Source of the DNA: Girardia tigrina
Taxonomy: Eukaryota
Direction of reading: 5' to 3'
DNA length: 54,280 bases
Assembly (NCBI GenBank): GCA_001938485.1
Contig: MQRK01218062.1
Span: forward strand, 137,688-191,967
Part shown: piece after piece, positions 23,686 through 36,516 of the stretch
How positions within the stretch are numbered: position 1 is the stretch's first letter
How the letters are laid out: each line of letters begins with the position of its first letter
Notes under the pieces: model-generated
Database searches by the model: none
What the model saw: the letters and a program-made list of their open reading frames with translations, nothing else
What the model was told of the DNA's origin: nothing
Program-made: the position numbers and the translations under genes

Positions 23686-24687
23686 CTTGGTGCACCCATT
23701 GAATACCAGGAATGAAGATCTAATAATATATCAATTTAATTGATTTTCTTGTGATATATTCCTTGAGTATAATAGGTAACGGAAACACAATTTGTTTTAA
23801 TGTAGCATCTGCATGTGGTCTAATTTTTGCGGTTATTCAATTTTTCGTCATAATCATGTATTCTCCAGTGGAATTTCGTAACGTAATAAATTTTGTTGTT
23901 TTGAAGAAGTTGTCAGCGAAGGAAATTATTGAGAAGTTGAGGAATGTATACTCTTCCAAAAATACTATTTATGACTGGATTGTACAATTTAAACATGATA
24001 GACAATGGTTTTGATGAGAAAAGTACCAGAAGACCTTTGGAAATTGGGGAAAATATTAAAGAAAATTAGATAATATTGTCAAATTTAACAAACGCATCCC
24101 AACAAGAATGTTCTGTGATAGTCTGAATGTAAGCAAATTAAGTTTAGATTCCTTAGTAAAGTCCATGGGTTTGAGAAAACTTTCTTCACGGTTCGTTCCA
24201 TGCTTTCTAACAAGTAAAATGTGTGAAAAGAGACGCAGTTCGTGTCAGACCAATCTCATGGCATTACAACAAGTTGGAGATATTTTTTCAGGAAAACATT
24301 GTGACAGTTGATGAAACCCCTCTCTCTATATATATACCGGACACTAAACAGGAGTCTAAGGAGGGGAAATTCGCAATGAGACGAGCACAAAAAAAGCTAC
24401 GAGTATCAACTTGCCACTGGAAATTTCTCATGCTAACGATTTTTTTGGGATTTCCATTGCATGGTATCAGTAGATGTCCTTATTCACCGGACATAGCTCC
24501 GAGTAATTTTTATTTGTTCTTTCATCCCAAGAAGCACTTACGAGGTAAACATTTCACCTGAAAAACAGAATTAAAAGATGTGGTGCAAGAATCAACCTCT
24601 TCATACCTATACGTACTCACTAATTAAAAAATTATTTATATCATGTTCTTTTCTATTTCATTCCGGGCATTTAATGGGCGCAGCACG
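23686..24687 (+). mobile_element. Old mariner-family element, highly degenerate
   Basis: Imperfect TIRs with TA flanks; FRNVINF...SAKEI, RKLSSRFVP, IVTVDET, PYSPDIAPSNFYLF. Confidence 0.85.
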
Positions 24688-25319
24688 TATTTTTAAGAAA
24701 AATAATTTAACTCTTTGAAACCATGAGAATTAATTTTAAAGGGTATATCAGCATAACCTTTAACTTTAAATATTTCATCAGAAAGGAACGAAAATAAGTT
24801 TTATGAATTCCAAGTCTCAGCAAAATTAAATGAAAGATTATTTACAAGAGTCATTTTAACGAAAATGGATCTACAAAATTCGATTCTATATTCTACCGAC
24901 ATTTTTGTTCTTACAATTACCATTTGTTTACGAGACCATTTGGTTTAATCAGTTTGCAAATTATCGTATTTAATTAAACAATAAAAATGTTTACTGTTAG
25001 TATTTAATAAGAGATGTTGTTTGAATGAAAAGACGAGATAAACAATCTATTATTTCAGTGGAAGTTAATTGTTTTCTGTATAAATTGTGTTATAATTTAT
25101 TATTTAATATTTCCTTAATCGATTGGAATAGTGTTTCTTCTAAAGGGAAAATACTACAAATGGGAAATAAAATCATTTAAAATAATTTTAGTTTAGGAAA
25201 TATCTTTTAAAAAAAACGTGTAAAATATTTCTCATATTTTTTTATTTATTTTAAAATATAAACTAAATAAATCCCAATGTTAAATTTTATTAAGAATTTT
25301 TCAAAATTCTAATAGTAAA

Positions 25320-25761
25320 TATTAAGAACACCAATTGGATTTGTCATACATTTACTTGTATCACAACTTGAATCGCAATTACGACAATTCCCCATAAAAC
25401 TTCCATACCTAGTCATTGCTCTTCATTGAAAAAAATATTTCTATTTCTCAACATCTTATTATTTAAACAAATTTAAATTACAATTTATTTATAATTTGAT
25501 TTCAAAATATTTTTTAATATAAATTACAAAAATAATTTTAATTATTTTAAAAAATGTTTTTAATATATTATTTATGATATATTTTTTTAATTTTAAAGTT
25601 AGTTAATTTTAAAGTTATTTAAATTTTTAAATTGAATAAATACTTCGACGTTTTAAAATATTTAAAATATCAATCTACTAATTTGAGTGGGAGAAGCACA
25701 ATCCTAAAACATCCCAAATCCCAAACAACATACAATAAGCACTATTTAAATATTCCTCACA
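25320..25761 (-). mobile_element. Solo LTR (TGTGAGGAATA family, TG...TA)
   Basis: Perfect 5-bp TSD GTAAA at 25315-25319 and 25762-25766; the minus strand reads TGTGAGGAATATT...GGTGTTCTTAATA. Confidence 0.85.
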
Positions 25762-26323
25762 GTAAATATTATAATCTTTATATTTATTATATTTTGTATT
25801 TTTTTTCAGTTTATTTTCTATTTTGTTTAATACAGTAATTTCATATCTGTTTGTTACCTCGTCGATTCGCATGTTAATATTCTAAAATTTATAGTTATTA
25901 TCCTAAGATAATGTTAATTAGTCGCCCATGAATAATTTTCATGGATATTTTATTTTTTTTCATATTGGCAACTATTCGAGATTAATTTTAAGGTGTCTTT
26001 CATGCTGTTTTATTTATTATTATTATTTTAGATTGTACTATTACATGCATAGTAAAACAAAATTAGATAATGATATACAATGTATAATTATTTAATTATA
26101 GTTGTCAATATCGAATGTTAGAAAAAAACAAATATAATGTGCATTGTAGTTTACTTTAAGAATTTTTTTAAAAAAAATATAATTTATTTAAATTATTTAC
26201 TAAAATAAAATAATATTAATTTCAATTATAAAATTATCAATGTTCTTTAAAAAGAATAAAAATTTTAATTTTAAATAATATATTATATTAATAAAAGAAA
26301 ACAATTATATTGATAAAATTTTT

Positions 26324-26470
26324 AGAAAACAAATTTCGTCTTTTTGGAGTCATCAGTTTTGAATTCTAATAGACTGATATTGCCTATATAGTTAGTAGAC
26401 CATGATGTCAGTCATGTCTTACGTTAAAATAGATGGCAAAAATTTTATTAATAGTGCTTCAGTAACTATC
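26324..26470 (-). mobile_element. PLE 3' remnant with a degenerate hammerhead (26324-26362)
   Basis: VTEALLIKFLPSIL (GIY-YIG C-terminus) followed by CTGATGA ctccaaaaagac GAAA. Confidence 0.5.
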
Positions 26471-27435
26471 GCCCATGATCAGTAATTACCAACTAAAGTA
26501 ATCCGCACTTGATTATCTCTCATTTACATTTCTGTGGACAGCTATTGTTTCTTCCTTGTGGAAATTCAATCTAAAAAAGAAAAAATATTTATCAAAGATA
26601 TGATCTTCATATGTTCAATCCAATAAAGAACATTTCACGAATTAAGGTTTTTCTTAAATCTGGTTTAAAGACCATATCAATCTCAAGAGTCTACTATGGT
26701 GTATTACGTGTCGAAAAGAATTACTTAACAATCTAAATGTAGTTCAAATGTTCTCTGTGTAGCTAATTTGTCCTTTTCTGTGATCAAATACTACGATCTT
26801 CTTTTGCTCTTTCTGTTATCTCGCTAGATTATTTTTTATAATTAAGTCCGTAACAAAGTTCATATTTGTTATATAATATTTTACACCATGAATGAGCCTT
26901 TTGATTCGGCTGCCATAATACAATTTTCTTTCCACTATCGTTAATCCATTAATTCATTGCCCCCTCTATTACAAAATGTACTCGTTCTATTATACCTTTT
27001 CTGGGACATTATCCTTTATCCTTACATAACCATTATTTAATATTATTTTAATAGCTTGTGTAGTGACCATTAATTCATAACATTCACAAAAAAACAATAA
27101 CAATTACCACACCATCAATAAATTCCAATCATCATTAATAAAATTTTACAATCAAGAAAATTTTCATCTTTAACAAAAATTTCCTTTTTTCAATAATAAA
27201 TTTTTATAAAAACTTTATTATTAATTATCATAAAAAATGTATTATTATTAAAAAACATTTTTTTTGTTTCACTAATAAAATTAATTTTTAGTAACAACTT
27301 TTACTATTTCTTTTAATATAAAAAAATAAAACAACGAATGTTCCGATATAAGTCGATATCAGGAAATAAATTGAATTTAACGTAAAATATTGGGATTAAA
27401 CGCGATAAAAAAAATAAATGTCAATCTTTATTTAA

Positions 27436-27839
27436 CCGCCCTACCTCTGGGTTATTATTCAAAAAGTAGGTAAAAAAACATCGGGTTTTTTTTCATTATA
27501 TTTTGAAATAATAATACTTGTTTACAATATACCAGAAAAAACTTATATTCAATAGACTCATTTATGACCTTTTTTTGTATCATTTGCAAGTCAGAGGTTC
27601 TCAACATAAGATGTCGCCGAATAATTCTTGTAATAATAATCTATTGAATATTTTAGATTATAACTGACTTGTTACGTAATTTATAGGGGGAAAGACGATA
27701 AAATCACGAGCGAACGTATCACGAACGTTTTGTGGGCTTCGAATATAGTTTTTTTGTGCCTGAACGTACGGGATACGGTTTGTTGCGTCCGGGCGATAAT
27801 ATAGCGGCCGTATCGCATACGTTCGTATGGGTAGGGCGG
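27436..27839. mobile_element. piggyBac-type MITE
   Basis: TTAA|CCGCCCTACC ... GGTAGGGCGG|TTAA; repeated CGAACG/CGTA subterminal motifs. Confidence 0.85.
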
Positions 27840-29254
27840 TTAAACGAACGATTTTATGAAAAAGTTTGAATGTAACAAAAAGAACATGATAGAACTGAGT
27901 GTAACGGAGAGATTTCATCAAATAAATATTCCATAAGATGACGGCCCAAAATTCCCGATTAAAACACCATCGATCTAGTTGAATTTTCGATCTTCGTTTT
28001 ACCTGCAAACATTCACGGATCAACGCCGGTAGTTGCTCGAGAGGTTGATGTTCGTGATCTAGCCGTGACTCGAGTTTTACATCCATAATTACGGTGGCAG
28101 ATCAACATGTGGTCCGGGACATGGAAATCGACGCAACGTAATCAAATCGAGAATAAAACAAGGGCCTTTCTTGAACGGTATTCCTTGTCAACATTTTCTA
28201 AACCCCAACATAACGGCTTGTTTGAGTGGTAAAGTATGAAAAGAAAACTGTCGTTTCTGAAGATTATTTCAGCAATAAAATAAAACTTATTTCAGTATTG
28301 AAAATGAGATTTTTTAAAGCATTATGAGTAATCAAAATTTAAGGGATATAATATCTAAAATAACCAAATTTAATTTGTCATTTTTCTTCCTCTTCTTATT
28401 TAGTTTTTAAACTTTCAGATAATTGCTTCAATTGTTTAATAAATGAATGATAAAGAATTAAGAATTTAGTTAATATAAATACGCAATTTTATTATATACA
28501 TCAAGAAAAATTTGTAAAAATATTCTCAAAACATAAACATGAAAGAAAGTCAAATTCTCGAGATGACATTGACAAAAAATTCATTGCGATTGCGCAAACA
28601 AATTAATTTTTTTTGGAATATTCTGAAAAAGTAATTAATTTCAATAAAATTTCTATTGTTTCTGATCCATCGCATCGGCTTGTTACTTCGGTAAAGTATC
28701 GAAAAATCCAGATCTTATATCGAAATTCATCACATAAAACATTTGTCTGACAATTTGGTTTTTATTTTGTATTCTGTTACAATAATCTTTATCTAATAGG
28801 TACTTTTTTATTTTTATAATTGACAATAATAAATTATAATATAATTTTCAATAATAGAAAAATATTGTGGAAAATTTATCTCTTAAAATAATTATTTATT
28901 TATTTTTTATGATGTTCTTTTCGTTGATAAAATATAATGACTATGGTTTGTATGCTGGTGGATTGTATACCTGTTCTTGTTCTGTAAGAGACAGAAACTC
29001 TAAACCCAGAATTATAAATAACAACACTGCCAGAAATCATGAATCCATTGAAAAAAGAATTCTATTGTTGAAAAATATCACAGAATTGTTCTGTAAATAT
29101 ATCGATTTCTATTTGAAAAAAATGTGTTTTGGGGAAATAGTATTGAGAAATTATTTTTATAAAGACGAGATGGATATTTAGCTCCATATATTTCTTTACA
29201 GTTATCGAAATTTTTTATTCAAATTATTTTTTTATAAGTAAAATATATTTCTCG

Positions 29255-29460
29255 AACATTGAAGAGACAAAAAGTTATCTTAAAACATGAATTAGTGAAC
29301 CTTCATAGACGAGTAAGGTTGATCGTATAAGATTTTGAATCATCGCAGCTGTTGCAAGGATATAATGTCATCCGTTTCAAAGGATTAGTTTTCTATTCTT
29401 AAGACATACTAATGCATATTATGAGAAGTTTTATTGTGCATCATTACTAATCAGACTGTT
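29255..29460 (+). mobile_element. PLE GIY-YIG fragment
   Basis: IEETKSYLKT*ISE...CCKD...SVSKD...SLLIR, homologous to 42262-42530. Confidence 0.6.
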
Positions 29461-29776
29461 ATGAAAACTCACACATTCGTTACAACATTAATTACAGTCA
29501 CAATTTGGATCATCTTCATGACAATCCGTAATAATACCTTCGCTGATATTCATCAATCAATGTTTAATTCTTCGCTTCGAGAACCGATGCATTTTATGCT
29601 GATGGAATAAAACAACTTGTTTCTCGTTGGCAAAAATGTATTGATGCCAACGGTTCATACTTTGATTAATAAACTTTTGTTTCTNNNNNNNNNNNNNNNN
29701 NNNNNNNNNNNNNNNNNNNNNNNNNNNNNNNNNNNNNNNNNNNNNNNNNNNNNNNNNNNNNNNNNNNNNNNNNNNN

Positions 29777-29817
<41 letters not shown>

Positions 29818-31399
29818 ACTTTTCCAATTTCAAAATGACAACATTAAAAATATTTATGTATGACAAAATATTTTTATGACTTCTACGAAGGGAATAAATT
29901 AGAAAAAAAACTTTTCTTGTCAGGAGGCCTAAAATTGTCTATTATAATAAAAAATAAATTATTGATTTAATGTATAATATAAAGTAATTCTTCTATAAAC
30001 ATGTTTTTAATAAATATATAAATGTGGTTGTGTCTCAATTAAGATTATTGTTTATAAAAGGGATCCTTTAACTTTCAGGAAAGTATAAAGTAAACCAAGG
30101 AAATTAATTTATTTGATTTATTCATTTTATTTTATCACTTATATTTTATCCTTTTATTATTGGTTATTGGAATCATAATCAATATAATAATATTAGTAAT
30201 AGTATTAATAATAAATGGAAAATAAATCATTAAATATTTTTACAAGTATTAATTATTATTAAGTATAAATTATAAGTAATAATGATTTAAAAATTAAAAA
30301 AAATTAAAAAAAAAATTTTTAAGTATAGTTTGAGATATTTATCGATATTTTCCATGAAAACTTATTTAATATTGAATTTAAATGAATTTCTAAGTTATGT
30401 TTCTGTTGACTTATTTATTTGGAATTTTCTTTCAAAAGTATCCTTCTATATAAATGAGTCTTTAGTGAAGCGTGAAATGAATAATATTCTTTTAAATATT
30501 TTGGTACCTGTCAAGGAAAAGTTTATCATATAACTAAATGTAAAGAAATAGAAAAAAGTGACATTTTCGGTACATAAAATATAAAGAAAAATAAAAAAGA
30601 AGTAAAACAATAAAATGATATATTTTTGGTTCCTCTTAATTTTAACGTCTGTTTATTTCTATTGAAAAATTAAATATAATTATATTTAAAACCATGAATA
30701 AAATACTGAATAAAGTTTTATTTAAATTAATCTAATATAACGAAATTCAAATTTCTCTCCATGAATTAAATCTCTGATGTTTATGCTAATTGTAAATTGT
30801 ACAATTTTAATGGTATTTTATCATTAATTAATATATAATTATTTTAATGAATTTTTATTTACCTTTCATTTCAGTTTCTCGAAAAGTCCAGAAACAAATT
30901 TAATGATTTTTTAAAAGTAAATGTTAATTAACTTTAATTAAAAGTTACTTGAAAAGTAAATTTTTATGAATAAAGATTAGGTAGACTTTACGACTTGCTT
31001 TAACGTTCTACTTCATCATCAAGCATATTTTTTCAGAATATTATAAATCAAACACTCTAATTTTGTAATTTGATGATTTTTAATCCTGAGTAACGTTAAC
31101 TTTAATTTATAAAAAGTACAATTAATTTTTTATATAAAACATTTCTAGACATGAAATTATTTATTTTTAATTACTATTTGGCCTCTTCCCTCCTGGATAT
31201 GGAGCACCGGGACTAATAAATCTTAAAGTTTTTCTAAAGCTCAGTCGGTGTCTCATACCCAAGCACTCAACAGATTACGGGCCGCATCAATACATGTTTT
31301 CCACAATCCCGCTTAGAATAGCATTGTCTTTTCGGCAGTGGATTGCAAGTCCTAGTCTAAAACACTGTGCTGGTCAGAAACTCGAACAAGACAAAATTC

Positions 31400-31503
31400 G
31401 GGCAATTTAACCTTTAGAATTTAAGACCATCTAGTTTCTCAGGGACATCGCGTGGAGGTATGCCCCACCTGCTTAACGCAGATTACCTATGTAACAGGTC
31501 CCC
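31400..31503 (-). ncRNA. HDV-like ribozyme relic, probably the 5' end of a non-LTR retrotransposon or SINE (GC-richer segment continues to about 31180)
   Basis: P1 GGGGAC/GTCCCT, P2 GGGCA/TGCCC, P3 ACC/GAT, L3 TCCACGC, J4/2 GGTTAA, in the nested double-pseudoknot order. Confidence 0.62.
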
Positions 31504-31821
31504 TAATAACTAGTAAAGTTCCAAACACTTTTTACTGCACCCCTTCCATATAGTATATCATTTTAATAAATTTAATAAATTTAAAAATTTTACTGATATC
31601 TTGACAAGGAAAATGATATAACTCTCAATATAATAGATCCTTTGATAATAAATATAATAATAATGTATTTGCGTTTTTATGTTTTAAGTTTCCCATATTT
31701 TTTAGTTTGAAAATTGCATACGATGATGAGAAAATAAGATATGTCTGGGAAAGATAATGTGTTGTGCAAACATGCTTTCCATGAACACATTTATGTACCC
31801 ATATATCTATCTATCTATCTA

Positions 31822-31870
<49 letters not shown>

Positions 31871-33499
31871 CATACAAAATTAATAAAAATTTATAATGTT
31901 TATTACGAAAAGAGTGGTGTTTTTTATTAGTTTTTTAATTGGTGCACATACCTAATATACAAGTAAAACAAAATCAGGTCCATATCTCTACCAGTTATTG
32001 AACTATCTTTTCTCTACTCTTTCTTTTCCTCTCGGTAAATGTCAGTAACATCCAAATGCACCGTTGTCTAGTTATATCGAAAAAGGACTGTTGTCAAGGG
32101 AATCACTTCGGTTCCCGTTACCCGTCGACCATTAATTCGGATATCATTTGACTCGCCAGGAGGAGGTGATTCCAACAGTATATTCTTGGGGGATTGATCC
32201 GGAGAGGATTGGGATGAACGTTTACATTGTATGCCCGTAAAATACCCGTTTTCAGGGACAAACTTTTCAATTTGTCGCAAATTATCCTCAAGGGATGGAA
32301 ATTACTGTGGCTCTTGATGTAGAATAACATTGCACTCCTTTATCTGAAAACCTCCCTTAAATTGAAAACATGGATTAGAAATCTCCTGCAAAACTGAAAA
32401 TGGGCAAATATCGGGATTTGTAGCTAAACAAATACGCGAAAATATGTTATTTAAGAGGGTTAGCACGAATGTTAGACATCTGATAAATTTGTATATCATA
32501 TGGTTTCTTAAAATATATTTTATGTTTTTACTATTTAAATCATCAAATACTTTATCAAAAAAATGATTGAAAATTCGGAACTTCACTTTCTGGTTAACAA
32601 AATGGGCATAATCTACTTTGAATGGGAAATAAATAATCCTTAAATTAATTAATTAATCAAAAATAAATTTCTAAAATTTAAAATATAAAAATATTTAGCG
32701 TAAATGAATTCAAATGAATTTAATTAGCAAAAATGGAAAGTCATAAATCTCAGTACGATTCTGTTATTTATCGCTTGACAGTCGATAGTGTCGTCCGTCT
32801 GTAAATCACACCAATATCTGTTACTCTCTCAACTCGAACGCGTCATCTGACCGGTCTCCGTTGGTCAATTAAATAATTATTATACTTTATTTTTGGAAAA
32901 TATGTTGTAAATATATTTCTAGACTCCAGTAGAACTTTTATTTTCCTATTAATTCAGATTTTCATCTTTCTAATCTCGGTCATTCAATTGAATCACGAAA
33001 ATATATTGAAATGATGTTATTAAGCTCAAATAATATTTTTGTTAATAATAATTTTAAATAATTTATCATTATATACTGAAATAAAGTTCTGATTCACTTA
33101 AATGGAGATGGAAAAAATCAAAAACTTATAAAAAATAGAAACCACCAAAAATCTCTACGCGATTGAAAAACTGTAAATCTATCTCATGTTCTTTAATTGG
33201 AAAACCTTTGACAACCTGTTGAAACTTCATCAAAATTGTTAAATGTGTGGCCTCAGAGTAAATGTTGCATTTTTCAGAATGAGGTTCGACATTGATCGCA
33301 TTCTTTAAAAATTCTACCAAACATTCCATGATCTTTCCGAAACCATCCTGCTTTGAAACCGACGTTGTCTGTTTACTTTCATGAAATCATTTCGCCTGAA
33401 TATTATGGTTAATTATCTATTCTCACTTTTCATCCGTGTGATAATTCGTTGCAAGAAAGGATCGTGTAACCCATTTCTGAGTTATTTACCCATCTACCT

Positions 33500-34996
33500 T
33501 GTGTTAACAGTGGGATTTAGTGAGATCATGGTTGATGTTGGCCTCCCATCTCTTTCGAATAGTATTGAGCCACTAGGCTCTTTAGAGGGTCCACCCAAAC
33601 TAAAGAGTGCTAGCCGCCCCCGATAGGCCTCCTACGGGGTCGGATCGCTTCAGTCTCCGAGATCTATTTGGCATAGGGTTGTATTGCTTCCTTCATTTGT
33701 TGCACTTGTTGTCAGTCGAAATTGATTTTCTTGCTCTGTTTTCATGTCTATTCTGATCCTTATTCAGATGTTTTATTAGCCATCATCTTGTCTTATAGCT
33801 TTTGTTGCATTTGTAGCATTTAAACTTGTTACCTCCGTCCGGTTCTTCCTGATCACCTCTTTCTATGTGATCCCTCTTCATGTGCATGTTAAGTTCCTTT
33901 GCTTCCGCAAACTCTTTGAAGCAGTCGTCTGTAGGGCATTGAATTATCTTCTCTCTCGGGCAGGTAACTTTGGGTAAACTTGTTTCTGTCCTTTCCGATC
34001 TTCCTTTCCTAATGAGTCCAGCTATATATTTGCTCTGTGAAATGTTGGGTTCTCGGCGAATAATGTGTTGTACAAAATTCATTGTAATCAGCATCTTCGC
34101 CGAATAGCCATTTCACATCGACACGGAGACATTCCTTCATCATTTGTTTGCTCCTTCCACTGATCTTCTTTCCAATTGGTATATTTGTTCTGCACATTCT
34201 CTGAAGTATGTTCGTCTCTGTGGAGTCCATTTTGCAATGGAACGTGAATCTTTTACATGCAATTATATCCTTTGGTCTATATATGTCTATATATTAGAAA
34301 AAATGAAAATAGAATATAAGTCTATATTATAAGTCTATATTTATAAGTCTATATTATATCTATCTATATATAAGTCTATATCCATATGTCTATAAGTTCC
34401 GTCCGAATCCTTTTTGTCTTCTTCACTTCCATAACTATTTTCGAATAAAGGTTATTGAAGACCTGTAATTTCTGTATGCTCTTCTCTGTAGTCCCTCAGT
34501 TTTCACTACTGTAATAAACTGCAGGGAAGATACAAGTCTGAATAATTTTCTTTTTGTTTCTTATACTTAAATTGGGGCGCCTCAGTACCGGTTTAAGACT
34601 TCTTACTTTTTGGGTGCCTTTCGTTATCCTCTCTCGTATTTCATCTTCAACCTTACCGACAGAGGAGATTGTGAATCCTAACTAGTTAAACTTCGTGACC
34701 CACTCAATACCTGCCTCAAGCTGGTTCCCAGCAGTGAGAACTCTGGTATCTAAATTGAGATTCATAACTTTTTTTATTTTTAGATCGAAATCTTTGAATG
34801 TTGTATTGAGAATGTTCAAGTTATGAATCAAATTATTCCAGTCGTGGTCAATAAGGAAAAGGTCGTCCGCGTAAGCTAGTCTACTAATCTCCAGTATATC
34901 TCCTTCTCTTTTCATCTTAACTCCTCCAGAGAGTCCATTAGATTTCGCTTGTTTCAGTACTGTATCGAAGACGATATTGAAGAGGAGTGGTCCTAA
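33500..34996 (-). mobile_element. 5'-truncated RTE-clade non-LTR retrotransposon (reverse transcriptase C-terminal half, C2H2 fingers, 3' UTR)
   Basis: LGPLLFNIVFD, LAYADDL, IEWVTKFN*LG, EIRERI, CIFPAVYYSSE; CPTDDC...HMKRDH and CYKC; interrupted by a TAAGTCTATAT-type minisatellite at about 34260-34395. Confidence 0.85.
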
Positions 34997-35671
34997 ATTC
35001 AACATTAATTTGTATTAAATGCAATACCATTTGATGAGATGATTTTCCAATAAATGTTGCTAGTTTCATACTGCTTGAAAAAGATTATGTTCTCAACGCA
35101 ACCACAACGTTGATCACCAACTTGAACGTGTTTAATCTTCAATGTAAAAATCAAAGTAATTTGATTAAAAATTCATAATGCAAAGTAAATTTTATCAGTA
35201 TTCACTAACACTTGATAGATAGCTTTCTTTGGTATTTCTTATATTTGCAGGTGTCCTGCTACTAAAACCTTGAGGCACAATGATTTTTATATAAACATCC
35301 TAGGAACATAGCTTCTACCATAATATCGAATAAAATAAAATCATTTTTTTTCTCTTTGCTATTAGGTAAGTCGTAACTGCCAAGATTTATTCCGCTCCAA
35401 CAACTTTAGATTTAATAATAATAAATATTTAACAAAAAAATTGTAAAATTATATTTCATTAAATATATTTCATGAAAACAATATCAACAGCAACGATTTC
35501 ATTCTCAAAATTAATAAAAGCAACTGTAATCCCACGGGTGTTGCCAATGATTCTTTTAGTTAAGTTTTTTTACGTTTTGAACATATTTTATTATCTTTTT
35601 GGTAATGCTAACTAATCCTCGTTATATACTGTTGAGGTCATGTTTAAAAAATATAATAAAAGAATTATATA

Positions 35672-36516
35672 TGTTGGGATTCCTTTTGTTTAACTTTAAA
35701 TTTTTGATATTTTTTAAAAATCATATTTGTATTTTAAATAAATTAAAAATAATGTTCGATTAATTAAAATGAAATAATTCTTTAAAATAAAAACCTTTTA
35801 AAGTCTTAAAAAAAGAAGAAGCTCATTCTTTAAATTTTTGGAAATAATTAATTGTTATAAATAATCTCTAAAATAAAATCAAAAGTTTTTGAACAGTTAT
35901 TAGTAAAAAATATCTTAATTAATTTTAAAAAGTTAATTTCATAAATAATTGAATTTTAATTGTTTTGCATTTATTTTAAGAGTTATTCGGAAAAATTTTT
36001 TGTTAACATTTTTGTTGTCAGAGATGTAATAAAAAAGATAATTTAAAGTTAAAAGGCAGTTGGAAATTCTGCAAATTAAAATTCGATAAATAATAGATAA
36101 AATATAGATATATATATTTAAAATTTTATAATTAATGAATCTCTATTAAATAATAATAAATTTAAATATTCCTAAATATTTTTATATTTTAAATTTGTAA
36201 GTTATTTTTGCAATTTTATTAAAAACAAATAAAAGGTTTTTATTAAAAAGAAATAATTTATAATCGAATGATTTAAAATCAAAGAAAGATATTTAAGACT
36301 TGAATTTTTAAAATATTTTTAAAGATCTAAATTCATGCAAAATTGAATAAAATAACATATTTATATATTTATCGATATTATTATTTATATTTAGAATTTT
36401 GAGATCTGGATTATGTAATTGAAATATTGGTCCTCATAAATTTGTTTCAATAATGAAAATTGTAGTAGAAATAAAGTTTACAAAATTATGACTTCGAATT
36501 GTAATCACGAACCTAA
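35672..36516 (+). mobile_element. Non-autonomous repeat copy C
   Basis: Colinear with copy B and the reverse complement of copy A; ends AATCACGAACCTAA|TA. Confidence 0.8.

Noticed and set aside
27658-28086. 142-aa ORF
   Set aside because: It crosses a MITE boundary and has no recognisable domain; a plus-strand VRDLAV similarity to a CR1/L2 RT was too weak to call.
33620-33650. HDV-like motif GCC TCCTACG on the plus strand
   Set aside because: No P1 or P2 partners found; better explained as a simple hairpin.
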